Below the pieces are notes generated by a model. That model was not told the origin of the DNA. It did not search any database and saw only the letters and a list, made by a program, of their open reading frames with translations. The translations under genes were made by a program, and so were the position numbers. Shown in pieces: positions 26,614-35,957 of a stretch of 64,000 nucleotides of DNA (the stretch's first letter is position 1; the number at the start of each line of letters is the position of its first letter). Source of the DNA: Candidatus Eiseniibacteriota bacterium. Its GTDB lineage: Bacteria; Eisenbacteria; RBG-16-71-46. The stretch is from the NCBI GenBank assembly GCA_963744995.1, contig CAVUWA010000002.1, forward strand, positions 763,302 through 827,301, written 5' to 3'.

Positions 26614-26751
26614 GCGGCGGAAGATAGCATTGGAGCCGGTCTTGACCCGCCCGAAGGCCGCGACTAGCCTCCTTTCATCCTATCCGGGAGGCAGGCCCTC
26701 GGCTGGCGCCCGTCAGGAGGCCGTTCCCCCGGGATCCCAGGGGGCGCTCGC

Positions 26752-27195
26752 ATGACCGCAGACGAGCGCAACGAGGCGGATGCTGCAGTCCGAGCGTCGC
26801 CGGCCGGGTCACCACCGGCCGGGACGGTGACGCCCGAGGAGCAGGAACGCATCTACCAGGCGGGCTTCGATGCTGCGATGGTCTGGCAACTCGGCCTGTG
26901 GCTGCCCGCGGCGGTGGTGGTGACGTTCCTTCCACTCGTCGGGATCGTCGGTCTCGTGGGGTACTTCCTGCTGCTGGTCGCGGTGCCCGGGATGGCCCTG
27001 CGCTGGCGTCTCAAGTACGGCCGACTGAGCCCCCGGGATCCGGACATCCTGGATGCCAGGGACAAGGTGCTCCGCGCCACCGTGCTCTGGGCGATCTTCG
27101 GCGTCCTGACGGTGTTCTTCGTCATTGTCTACGTGGGTCTCCTGCTCCATTCGTACCCTCCGGGCGGCCCGGCTTCCGGACACGGGATGGACTAG
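26752..27195 (+). CDS. Hypothetical membrane protein (3 predicted TM helices)
   Basis: ORF 26752..27195 with hydrophobic stretches. No homolog recognised. Confidence 0.45.
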   Translation: MTADERNEADAAVRASPAGSPPAGTVTPEEQERIYQAGFDAAMVWQLGLWLPAAVVVTFLPLVGIVGLVGYFLLLVAVPGMALRWRLKYGRLSPRDPDILDARDKVLRATVLWAIFGVLTVFFVIVYVGLLLHSYPPGGPASGHGMD

Positions 27196-27248
27196 GCGTG
27201 AAGCTCGGGCCGGCGACGGGCCGGGCCGCGCGGCGATCCGATTCGATC

Positions 27249-27824
27249 ATGCGCGGCCACGGGCACGACGCCCGTGAAGGAGGGCTCGTGGTGACCGAAG
27301 ATGGCGTGATTCCGAACGGAATCATGCGGCGGATCCTCTCCGGGTACCGTCTTCCCGTGATGGGCATCCATGGCGTGCCGCACTGGGGACGGGTGCTGGA
27401 GAACGGGGCGCGGCTCGCGGCACGCACGGGCGCCGACGCGGCCGTGGTGAGCCTGTTTTCGGTCTTTCACGATGCCCGGCGCCGGAGCGAGGGGCACGAT
27501 CCCGAACACGGACGTCGCGGCGCCGCACTGGCGAGCCAGCTCGCGCCCCTGCTGGGCCTGACGGATCCGCAGCTCGAGCAGCTCGTGCACGCCTGTGCCC
27601 ACCACGCCGACGGCACCACGCAGGGCGACGCGACGGTGCAGACCTGCTGGGATGCAGATCGGCTGGACCTGTGGCGGGTCGGCATCACGCCCGGGGCCCG
27701 GTGGCTGTGCACCGACGCCGCGCGCGACGCGGCGATGCTCGAGTGGGCCCGGGTCCGGAGCATCGGCGATCACTTCCCCGGATGCGCGGCGGCGTGGCTG
27801 CAGGAGATCCACCCGGCCGAGTGA
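27249..27824 (+). CDS. HD-domain phosphohydrolase-like protein
   Basis: H...HD...D pattern (HGVPHWGRV..., VFHDARR, HDPEHG, CWDADRLD). Alternative GTG start at 27198. Confidence 0.55.
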   Translation: MRGHGHDAREGGLVVTEDGVIPNGIMRRILSGYRLPVMGIHGVPHWGRVLENGARLAARTGADAAVVSLFSVFHDARRRSEGHDPEHGRRGAALASQLAPLLGLTDPQLEQLVHACAHHADGTTQGDATVQTCWDADRLDLWRVGITPGARWLCTDAARDAAMLEWARVRSIGDHFPGCAAAWLQEIHPAE

Positions 27825-27876
27825 TCACGCTGCACGATCGGGGTCGGGGCGGTTCGTGGCGCCGGGCGCCTGGCGA

Positions 27877-29205
27877 TCAGTGCGTCGAGGGGGGCGGCGC
27901 GCCGGACGTCGCCGCGGCGCGCGTCGCGTCGTCGAGCACTGCGGGGAGGTCGATGCGCTGTGCGCCGTCGAGCCGGGCGAGGGCGTCGTCGAAGAACCCC
28001 TGCTTCATCAGATGTTCGTCTAGGAACGCCCGGATGGTGTCGCAGATGAGCCGGTGCGCATGCGCCTCCTCGGCGGACGCGCCGCCCGGATTCAGGAAGC
28101 AGGCGTCGGTGATGCTCCCGGGGCGCGTGCCGGCGAGCCGCACGATGCGCGGATCACGGAACGCGTCGAGGTGGCGGCGTGCGAACGCGGTGTGATCGCC
28201 GCGCGGGCTGCCCTCGGAGAGCAGCACGAGCAGCGGCTTGTCGCATGGCGCCGCCGGGCTGCCGACGGCAGACAGACCGGAACGCGTCCAGCCGTAACCG
28301 TCGAGCGAGATCGCGGCGCTGAAGAAACGGTAGGTGTACGCGCTGCGCACGGCGGCCATGCCGCCCATCGTGTGGCCGGCGACCGCGATGCGGGTGAGAT
28401 CCATCTCGCGGGCGAGACGCCGCACGTTGACGCGGCGGTCTCCGGCCATACGGGGCAGCATCCGCGCGACGAACGCCTGGTCGTCGGCCATCGTGGCGAT
28501 GCCCTCCTGCACGCGTTCGTCCATCCGGTCGGCGTCGAGCCCCATCATGCCCGGCATGCTCTCCGAGAAATCGACCGTGCCGCCGTCGTCGAACGCGACG
28601 CCCGGACCCCAGTGCGGGTGGTCGATCATGCCGACCACGTAGCCGTGGCTCGCCAGCTCTTCGGCGAGCGCGGTATAGAGGATGCGCGAGCTGTTCATGC
28701 CGTGCGAGAACAGCACGACCGGATGCGAGGAGTCGGCGGCCGCGGCGGCGACTTCGAGCGCCGCGTGGGTCGGCATCGTCGGGAACGGCCGCGACCAGTA
28801 GCGGTCGAGGCTCGAGCGCAACTGCGGATAACGCAGCACGTAGGGCGCCGGCACGCGCAGCGGCATCGCTTCGGCCGGGTACCAGAACTGCACGACCAGA
28901 CGGCGGCGGTCGTTCGGATCCTCCGTCCACGTTTCCTCGCGCTCGGAGTCGGTCCAGTCCATCACCAGCGTGCCGATCGTCCACGGGCCGTCGGGTGCGG
29001 GAAGGCTCGGCACCGAGGTGAGCCGGGTGGCGGCCGGAGCCGGAGTTGCATCCCGGGAAGTCGTCGCATGCGCCGGGTCCGCGGGAGCGAGGGTGGGGTG
29101 TGCACAGAGCAGCGCCAGCGCCAGCATCGCGGCCCGAAGGCACGGACACACGGCGCGCGGATCGAGGGGGCGGCCGTCCATCCGGAACTTTGGAGCGTTG
29201 CGCAT
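27877..29205 (-). CDS. Secreted alpha/beta hydrolase of the platelet-activating-factor acetylhydrolase-like family
   Basis: Signal peptide; ...HPVVLFSHGMNSS..., nucleophile-elbow variant AGHTMGG. Start is chosen among in-frame Met residues before the hydrophobic core. Confidence 0.7.
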   Translation of the reverse strand: MRNAPKFRMDGRPLDPRAVCPCLRAAMLALALLCAHPTLAPADPAHATTSRDATPAPAATRLTSVPSLPAPDGPWTIGTLVMDWTDSEREETWTEDPNDRRRLVVQFWYPAEAMPLRVPAPYVLRYPQLRSSLDRYWSRPFPTMPTHAALEVAAAAADSSHPVVLFSHGMNSSRILYTALAEELASHGYVVGMIDHPHWGPGVAFDDGGTVDFSESMPGMMGLDADRMDERVQEGIATMADDQAFVARMLPRMAGDRRVNVRRLAREMDLTRIAVAGHTMGGMAAVRSAYTYRFFSAAISLDGYGWTRSGLSAVGSPAAPCDKPLLVLLSEGSPRGDHTAFARRHLDAFRDPRIVRLAGTRPGSITDACFLNPGGASAEEAHAHRLICDTIRAFLDEHLMKQGFFDDALARLDGAQRIDLPAVLDDATRAAATSGAPPPSTH

Positions 29206-29293
29206 CGACGAAAAGGGTACCGGCAACCGGCGCGGTGGAGCAACGGCGCTCTCGTGGCGGTGGCGGTCCGGGCCCCGGACGGCGCGGCGCCGG

Positions 29294-29641
29294 TCAGAAC
29301 AGGTCGTCGAACGGGTCCTTTGCCCCACGCGGCTTCCAGCCGTAGCGGTCGAGCGCGATCCGGCCGCCCTGATCGAAGCGCACGCCCTCGGCTTCGAGCA
29401 GGCGCCGCTGGCGAATCTCGTCGTCGGGATCGGCGCGGCGGCTGATCGCCCCCTTCGCGTTCACGATCCGCTGCCAGGGAATGCGGAGGCCCTTCGGGGT
29501 CGAGTTGAGCGCGTAGCCGACCCTTCTGGCGGCGCCCGGAATCCCCGCGAGCGTCGCGATCTGCCCGTAGGTGGCGACGCGCCCCCGTGGCACGCGTTTC
29601 ACAACCGCGTAGATCCTGGCGTACGTTTCCGAAACCTGCAT
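29294..29641 (-). CDS. Alkyltransferase-like (ATL) protein of the MGMT/Ogt DNA-binding family, with Trp in place of the active-site Cys
   Basis: ...VPRGRVATYGQIATLAG... and IPWQRIVNAKG (P-W-Q-R-V instead of P-C-H-R-V). 115 aa from ATG 29639-29641. Confidence 0.75.
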   Translation of the reverse strand: MQVSETYARIYAVVKRVPRGRVATYGQIATLAGIPGAARRVGYALNSTPKGLRIPWQRIVNAKGAISRRADPDDEIRQRRLLEAEGVRFDQGGRIALDRYGWKPRGAKDPFDDLF

Positions 29642-29738
29642 GGCGTCACTCTGCCGCCGCGAATCCGGAATCGCAACCGGAGCGGCGCCGGAGTTGCGCC
29701 CGTTGGACGTTCCTTCAACGATCCGGAGTCCATCCATC

Positions 29739-30767
29739 ATGGAATATCGTCCGCTCGGCCGTTCCGGCCTGAAAGTCTCCGCAGTGTCCCTGGGCTCGTG
29801 GACCACCTTCGGTGGCTACGTCGACGAAGGCGACTCGGTCGCGATCGTGCGACGCGCATTCGAGCTCGGCGTCAACCTGTTCGATACCGCCGACGTCTAC
29901 GTGCGCGGCGGCGCGGAAGCGGTGCTCGGTCGTGCGCTGGAGGGCCTGCCGCGCGAGCAGATCGTGATCGCGACCAAGGTGATGGGCCGCGTGTGGGACG
30001 GGCCGCTGGGAGCGGGCCTGTCGCGCAAGCACATCTTCGACGCGATGGACCAGAGCCTCAGGCGCCTCAAGGTGGACTACGTGGACCTCTACCAGGCCCA
30101 CGCGCCCGACAAGGACACCCCGATCGAGGAGACGCTCGAGGCGTTCGAGGATCTGGTGCGGATGGGCAAGGCGCGCTACGTCGGGTTCTCGAACTTCGAT
30201 CACCAGCCGCCGCTCGCACGCCGTGCGGTCGCCTACCAGAAGCGCCGCGGCTGGTCGACGTTCATTTCGAGCCAGCCGCGGCTCAACATGCTCGACCGCC
30301 ACGTCGAGAAGGAGCACGTCGCGTTCTGTCGCACGAACGGCATCGGCATGATCGTCTACTCGCCGCTCGCGCAGGGCGTGCTCACGAACAAGTACGCCGG
30401 TGGCGAAATCCCCGAAGGCAGCCGCGCGACCACGCAGTTCAAGCACTTCGTGCTCGACAACGACAACGCGATCACGCCCGGCAACATCGCCGCCGCCGAA
30501 CGTCTCGACGTCTGGGCGAAGCAGAAAGGTCTCGCCGGCGCCGCCGAGGCCGCGCTTGCCTGGGTGCTGAGCCGCCCGCAGCTGTCGAGCGCGATCGTCG
30601 GCGCGACCCGCATGGAACAGCTCGAGGCGAACGTGAAGGCCGCCGAGGTGAAGCTGTCCGCGGCGGAATGGAAGGAGGCCGAACAGGCGGTGCGCGGTCC
30701 GGTCGCGGCGAAGCAGAAGTCGGCCTCGAAGAAGGCGGCCAAGAAGAAGGGAGGACGCGGGCGCTGA
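29739..30767 (+). CDS. Aldo/keto reductase (Kv-beta/YajO-like) with a Lys/Ala-rich C-terminal tail
   Basis: MEYRPLGRSGLKVSAVSLGSWTTFGG..., ...LFDTADVY..., ...VDLYQAHAPD... Tail is AAKQKSASKKAAKKKGGRGR. Confidence 0.85.
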   Translation: MEYRPLGRSGLKVSAVSLGSWTTFGGYVDEGDSVAIVRRAFELGVNLFDTADVYVRGGAEAVLGRALEGLPREQIVIATKVMGRVWDGPLGAGLSRKHIFDAMDQSLRRLKVDYVDLYQAHAPDKDTPIEETLEAFEDLVRMGKARYVGFSNFDHQPPLARRAVAYQKRRGWSTFISSQPRLNMLDRHVEKEHVAFCRTNGIGMIVYSPLAQGVLTNKYAGGEIPEGSRATTQFKHFVLDNDNAITPGNIAAAERLDVWAKQKGLAGAAEAALAWVLSRPQLSSAIVGATRMEQLEANVKAAEVKLSAAEWKEAEQAVRGPVAAKQKSASKKAAKKKGGRGR

Positions 30768-30833
30768 GGCGATCGCGCCGGCTCCCTCGCGCAAGAGGCC
30801 GGGGCCGCGCCCGCCCGCCGGGCCCGCCGGGAC

Positions 30834-31319
30834 ATGCATTCGACTCGAATCGTCCGCCGTATCCGCGCGCCACGCGAAGCCGTTTACCGCGCGATCCTGG
30901 ACCGGGACGCGGTGGCGAGGTGGAAGGTGCCCGACGGCATGACCTGTGACGTGCTTGCGTTCGATGCGAGGGCAGGCGGGGCGTTCCGGGTGTCGCTGCG
31001 CTACGATGCGCCGACCGCGGCCGGAAAGACCTCCGCCGGCACCGACACTTATCACGGCCGCTTCGTCGAGCTCGTTCCGAACGAGCGGGTCGTCGAGGTG
31101 GACGAGTTCGAGACGGACGATCCCGCCATGCAGGGCGCCATGACGATCACGATCACGCTGGCCGACGCGGAAGACGGCACCGAACTCGTGGCGATCCACG
31201 ACGGACTGCCGCGCGGCGTGCCGCCGCGCGACAACGAGGCCGGCTGGCGGATGGCGCTCGACCGACTCGCAGCGCTGGTCGAGACGCGGCCCGCCGGTCG
31301 CGGGGGAAACCAGCGATGA
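30834..31319 (+). CDS. SRPBCC-superfamily protein (AHSA1/activator-of-Hsp90-ATPase-homolog-like)
   Basis: IRAPREAVYRAILDRDAVARW..., ~160 aa START/Bet v1-like pattern. Confidence 0.7.
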   Translation: MHSTRIVRRIRAPREAVYRAILDRDAVARWKVPDGMTCDVLAFDARAGGAFRVSLRYDAPTAAGKTSAGTDTYHGRFVELVPNERVVEVDEFETDDPAMQGAMTITITLADAEDGTELVAIHDGLPRGVPPRDNEAGWRMALDRLAALVETRPAGRGGNQR

Positions 31320-31537
31320 GCCTGGTCAACGCCGCCTGGCACGCGAAACATCCCATGCCGCGGCCCGCGACGCTCGACCAGCGGGTGCGGTGGCACGTCG
31401 CGCACACGCGCGCCTGTGGATGCAGGGAGATGCCTGCATCGATCGTGCGGGAGCTGCGGGCGAGAGGGATGACGGTGCCCGCGCGGCGGCGGCCCCGCGA
31501 CCCGAGGCGCCGGCGGGGTCCCGGAGCACCTGGATGA
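31316..31537 (+). CDS. Small hypothetical protein (73 aa), translationally coupled (ATGA) to both neighbours
   Basis: Start overlaps the stop of the SRPBCC gene; its stop overlaps the start of the next gene. Confidence 0.45.
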   Translation: MSLVNAAWHAKHPMPRPATLDQRVRWHVAHTRACGCREMPASIVRELRARGMTVPARRRPRDPRRRRGPGAPG

Positions 31538-32220
31538 GGGACATCTCCCCTTCGGCCCGCTCGCTCGGCTTCTGGTCCGCGGTGCTCGCCACGGTCCTCA
31601 GCCTCACCTACGTGGTGGGACAGCTCGCGGAATGGATGGGCTGGCTGGGGTCCGCGGGCGGGCCCGAGAGCGCCAGCACGCCGCTCGGCATCGTGGTGCT
31701 GCTCACGCCTTCGCTGCTGCTCGGTTCGGCGTTCCTGGTGCTCATGGTCTGCGTTCACGAGCTCGCATCGCCCGCCCGCCGGGTCTGGAGCCGGGCCGCC
31801 GTGGGGTTCGCGATCGCCTATGCCGTGCTGGTCAGCATGAACTACTACGTGCAGCTCACGTTCGTCGCGCCGCACATGATCGCCGGCCGGACGCAGGGGA
31901 TCGAGCCGTTTCTGTTCACGCCGTTCGACTCGTTCATGTACTCCGCGGACATCCTCGGATACAGCTTCATGAGCGTGGCTACGCTCTTCGCCGCGCGCGT
32001 GTTCCCGGGTGACGGTCTGCAGCGCGTGGTGCGCCTGTTCCTGACGGCCAACGGCCTGCTGCTGCCGTTCCTCCTGTTGCAGATCAACTTCCACGGGTTG
32101 ATCTGGATCGCATCGCTGTGGGCGATCACGTTCCCGGGCGCGACATGGGCGCTGGCGATCCTGTTCCGGCGCGCGGGAACGGTCGTGGCCGGAACGAAGG
32201 CGTCCGATGGCGCCGCCTGA
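31534..32220 (+). CDS. Hypothetical polytopic membrane protein
   Basis: MRDISPSARSLGFWSAVLATVLSL..., about 6 TM. Confidence 0.55.
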   Translation: MRDISPSARSLGFWSAVLATVLSLTYVVGQLAEWMGWLGSAGGPESASTPLGIVVLLTPSLLLGSAFLVLMVCVHELASPARRVWSRAAVGFAIAYAVLVSMNYYVQLTFVAPHMIAGRTQGIEPFLFTPFDSFMYSADILGYSFMSVATLFAARVFPGDGLQRVVRLFLTANGLLLPFLLLQINFHGLIWIASLWAITFPGATWALAILFRRAGTVVAGTKASDGAA

Positions 32221-32650
32221 CCGTTTCGACCTCGACCGCTTCGTGAAGGCGCAGGAAGGGGTCTACGCCGAGGCGCTTCACGAGATCCGGCAGGGCCGCA
32301 AACGGTCGCACTGGATGTGGTTCGTGTTTCCGCAGATCGAAGGGCTCGGGATGAGCGCCACCTCCAGGCGCTACGCGATCCATGATCTGGAGGAGGCCAC
32401 CGAGTACCTCGCGCATCCGTTGCTCGGGCCGCGTCTCGGGGCGTGCGCCGAGGCGGCGCTGGCCGTGGAGGGGCGTTCGGCCCGCGAGATCTTCGGCATG
32501 CCGGACGACATGAAGCTGCGCTCGTGTGCGACCCTGTTCGCGCAGGTCACCGAGCCGGACTCCGTGTTCCATCGCCTGCTCGATCGGTTCTTCGCGGGTG
32601 AACCCGATCCCCGGACACTGGAGCTGCTCGGCATCGGGAGGAAACCATGA
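32207..32650 (+). CDS. DUF1810-family protein
   Basis: ...FVKAQEGVYAEALHEIRQGRKRSHWMWFVFPQIEGLG... is the family signature. Confidence 0.75.
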   Translation: MAPPDRFDLDRFVKAQEGVYAEALHEIRQGRKRSHWMWFVFPQIEGLGMSATSRRYAIHDLEEATEYLAHPLLGPRLGACAEAALAVEGRSAREIFGMPDDMKLRSCATLFAQVTEPDSVFHRLLDRFFAGEPDPRTLELLGIGRKP

Positions 32651-32711
32651 CGGACACGAATGCGGTGCAGGGGAGCGGGCGACTCCGGGCCCCGGGTCTC
32701 GGGCTGCGCCG

Positions 32712-33143
32712 ATGAAGACGCTCTCGCTCGTCGGGGCCATTCTGATGGTCGTGGGCCTCGTGACGCTGTGGATACGCCGCGAGCTGATCTCGGGGGCGCC
32801 CACCGTGATCGCGCTGCAGATCGCGGCGGCGGCGCTGATGCTCTGGGCGCGCGTCACGTTCGGGATGCGCAGTTTCCACGCGGCGGCGGATCCGACGGAA
32901 GGGGGGCTCGTCCGCTCCGGGCCGTACCGCTACGTCCGTCACCCGATCTATACGTCGGTGTGCCTGTTCACGTGGGCCGGCGTCGCAGCCCATGCATCAC
33001 CGGTTTCGATCGCGCTCGGCATGGTGACGACGGCCGGCGCGGTGATGCGCATGCTCGTCGAGGAGCGGCTGCTGATCGGGCGCTACCCGGAATACGTGGC
33101 GTACGCGCGGGACACGAAGCGCATGATCCCGTTCGTCTACTAG
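32712..33143 (+). CDS. ICMT/phospholipid-methyltransferase-family membrane protein (second paralog in the window)
   Basis: ...GLVRSGPYRYVRHPIYTSVCLF..., ...EERLLIGRYPEYVAYARDTKRMIPFVY. Confidence 0.7.
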   Translation: MKTLSLVGAILMVVGLVTLWIRRELISGAPTVIALQIAAAALMLWARVTFGMRSFHAAADPTEGGLVRSGPYRYVRHPIYTSVCLFTWAGVAAHASPVSIALGMVTTAGAVMRMLVEERLLIGRYPEYVAYARDTKRMIPFVY

Positions 33144-33311
33144 GCGGCACCGGGCGCATCCGTCCGTGGAACCGGTCGTCGCGTCGCGTGTGCGGCCGCG
33201 GCGCCGCGGGTCACAGGATCCGAAGGCGAGCGTAGAAGCGACGATGATGCCATTCTCACCGGGGCATGACCCGCCGGCGTCGCCCCGCCCCGACCGCCCG
33301 GAACCACGGAC

Positions 33312-34727
33312 ATGAGCCTGACCGCGCTGCTGTGGCCGATCCTCCTTTTGTACGGCGCCCTCATGCTGCGTATCGCTCCGCTCGCGCACACGGCGGAGAC
33401 GTTCTTCCGCGGGCGTTCGCGCGAGGGGCGCGAGGTCGGCACCGGCATGCTGATCGCCACGGTGGTGATCTCGTGGATCTTCGCGAAGTCGATCACCAAC
33501 GCCGCCGACCTCGGTGCCGCGCACGGTCTGGTCGGGGCCGTCGCCTACGCCGGCTGGTATCTGTCGATTCCCGTGGCCGGTGTCGTGATCTACCTGATCC
33601 GCACCCGTCTGGGCGCGGCGAGCCTTTCCGGATTCCTGATCTCGCGCTACGGCCGTGCGGCGGCCGGCGCGTTCCTGTTCGCGATCATGATCCGCCTGAT
33701 GAACGAGGTCTGGTCGAACACGGCGGTGGTCGGCTCCTACTTCGGCGCGACCGGTTCGGCTTCCTACTTCGCCGGGGCGCTGGCGTTCACGGCGATCACG
33801 CTCGCCTACGGCCTGCGCGGCGGGCTGCGTGGTTCGATCGTTACCGACCTGCTGCAGTTCGGGCTCGGCGTCTTCCTGCTGGTGTTCGTGCTCGCGCTGC
33901 TGGTACCGCGCGCCGGGGCCGCGCCGCTCCTCACCTCGGGCTCGTGGACACTCGCGGGTGGCGTGGATCTGCTGATCGTCGCGCTGTTGCAGTCGTTCAG
34001 CTATCCGTTCCACGATCCGGTGCTGACCGACCGCGCGTTCATCACCAGGCCCGGCCCGATGCTGCGCGGCTATCTCGCGGCCGGGGTCGTGGCCGCCGGG
34101 TTCATCGCGTTGTTCGGGCTCACCGGCGTCTACGCCCGGATCACCGGCATCGAGGCGGGGCAGGACGTCCCGCTGCGCGTGTCGCACGCGTTCGGCATCG
34201 CGATGACCACCGTGATGACCGTGCTGATGATGGTCTCCGCCGGCTCGACGCTCGACTCCACCTTCAGCTCGGTCGCGCGCGCGTGGGTGTACGACGTCGG
34301 GCGCGGACGCGGCACGGCGGCGCCGGCGGACGCGGGCGCGCCGATCCGCGCCGGCCGCCGGGCGATGGTCGCGGCCGCCCTGATCGGTTCCGTGCCGCTG
34401 TTCATGGGGGCCAGGATCATCCAGGCCACCACCGTGAGCGGCACGATGGTGCTCGGTCTCGCGCCGCCGTTCCTGCTGTTCGGCTGGCGCCGCGCGCGCT
34501 CACTCGCGTTTCACCTGGGCTTCTGGCCGGGGGTGGCCGTGGGGCTCCTGCACGTGCTCGGCCGCCTGCCGGCATCGTGGGCGATCGGCGACGGGCGCTA
34601 CGCCATGCTGCTCGGCGCCAACGTCGCGGGCACCGCGCTCTGTTTCAGCGGCTTCGCGCTCGGCGCGTTCCTGCAGCGGAGCGCGCGCACCGGTGACGGA
34701 GGATCCGGAAGGGGCGGATTTCGGTAG
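33312..34727 (+). CDS. Polytopic membrane transporter (sodium:solute-symporter-like; about 12 TM)
   Basis: 471 aa, highly hydrophobic, Gly-rich helices. Family assignment is tentative. Confidence 0.6.
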   Translation: MSLTALLWPILLLYGALMLRIAPLAHTAETFFRGRSREGREVGTGMLIATVVISWIFAKSITNAADLGAAHGLVGAVAYAGWYLSIPVAGVVIYLIRTRLGAASLSGFLISRYGRAAAGAFLFAIMIRLMNEVWSNTAVVGSYFGATGSASYFAGALAFTAITLAYGLRGGLRGSIVTDLLQFGLGVFLLVFVLALLVPRAGAAPLLTSGSWTLAGGVDLLIVALLQSFSYPFHDPVLTDRAFITRPGPMLRGYLAAGVVAAGFIALFGLTGVYARITGIEAGQDVPLRVSHAFGIAMTTVMTVLMMVSAGSTLDSTFSSVARAWVYDVGRGRGTAAPADAGAPIRAGRRAMVAAALIGSVPLFMGARIIQATTVSGTMVLGLAPPFLLFGWRRARSLAFHLGFWPGVAVGLLHVLGRLPASWAIGDGRYAMLLGANVAGTALCFSGFALGAFLQRSARTGDGGSGRGGFR

Positions 34728-35013
34728 ACTGTGCCCGGACCATGGAGGACATCGCGATGCCCGTCGTGCGAATCGAGCATGCCGTCCCGCAGGCCTGCAC
34801 GTGCACGCTGTCCGCGGAGCGCGGCGCGGTCACCGCCGTACGGGTGATGGAGGCCGCACCCGGCGCCGGGCGCCGCCGGGCGATCGAGGCGTGGCGCGCC
34901 GCGATCCGGGCCGCGTTCCATCGGCATCGCCCGGCCGTCGCGGTCCTGCCGGCCGGGGCGGGAATCGAGTGACGCCTGCGTTCCATCCCGCCGGCGCCCC
35001 GGTTCCGGTCGGG

Positions 35014-35592
35014 ATGCGAACGGAGCGCCTCCGGCTGCGGCCGCTGCGGGCCGCGGACGCCGAACGGGACTACGCGGCCGTCATGGCCAGTGCAGAGCAG
35101 CTGCGCCGCTGGAGTCAGAGTGAATGGCCCGCCGCCGGTTTCTCGCTCGAGGAGAATCGCAGCGATCTCGAGCGACACGAGCGGGAGCACGCCGCGCGGA
35201 CGGCGTTCACGTTCACGGTTCTCGATCCGGCCGGCACGACATGTCTCGGTTGCGTGTACATCGAAGCGGCGGGGCCGGAACTCGCTCCGCTGTTCGAGGA
35301 CGCCGCCCACGCGGCGGTGGTGGGATTCTGGGTCCGCACCTCCGAGATCCGGGGGGATCTCGATCGAGATCTGCTTGCGGCCCTGCGTCCATGGCTGTCC
35401 AGGGAGTGGAGGTTCGACCGCGTGGCCTGGGTGATCGTCCGTGCCGAGACGCGCCAGGCCGCCCTGCTCAAGGAGGCGGGGATGACCGAGCGCGCCGCGT
35501 TCAGGCGCGCGGAGGGCCGCGAGTGCCGGGTGTTCATGGAAGGCGGTGCGAAGCCGCGGCGTGACGTTTCCGGGAGGGGTTCCCCATCATGA
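35014..35592 (+). CDS. GNAT-family N-acetyltransferase (RimJ/RimL-like)
   Basis: MRTERLRLRPLRAADAE... is the typical N-terminus. Alternative GTG start at 34969. Confidence 0.7.
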   Translation: MRTERLRLRPLRAADAERDYAAVMASAEQLRRWSQSEWPAAGFSLEENRSDLERHEREHAARTAFTFTVLDPAGTTCLGCVYIEAAGPELAPLFEDAAHAAVVGFWVRTSEIRGDLDRDLLAALRPWLSREWRFDRVAWVIVRAETRQAALLKEAGMTERAAFRRAEGRECRVFMEGGAKPRRDVSGRGSPS

Positions 35593-35897
35593 GCGAGATG
35601 GCGGCGATCGTCATCCACAGGGAGCGGCAGCTGGTCGCGCAGTTCCGGCGGGCGAACGCCACTTCCATGAGCCGCGCAACGACGCTCGACGCGCTCGGGA
35701 TCGCCGACCGCCTGGCGTTCCGGCGACTGCGCCGCCACGCGGTCATCCGCGAAGCCTCGCCCGGCACCTTCTACCTGGATGAGCCGAGCTGGGACGCGCT
35801 CGTCCAGGGGCGCCGCCGTCTGCTGCTGATCCTGCTGGTGGCGGGTCTGGCGCTCGGCGGCGCACTGGTGGCCGGCCGCATGGCGTGGCCCTCGTAG
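35589..35897 (+). CDS. Hypothetical protein with a C-terminal TM helix (ATGA-coupled to the GNAT gene)
   Basis: ORF 35589..35897; 4-nt stop/start overlap. Confidence 0.4.
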   Translation: MSEMAAIVIHRERQLVAQFRRANATSMSRATTLDALGIADRLAFRRLRRHAVIREASPGTFYLDEPSWDALVQGRRRLLLILLVAGLALGGALVAGRMAWPS

Positions 35898-35957
35898 CGG
35901 GGCGGCGGGTTCGCGCCCGCGCCTGCGGCGCTACCGGTCCGCACGGCGGGCTCGGAT

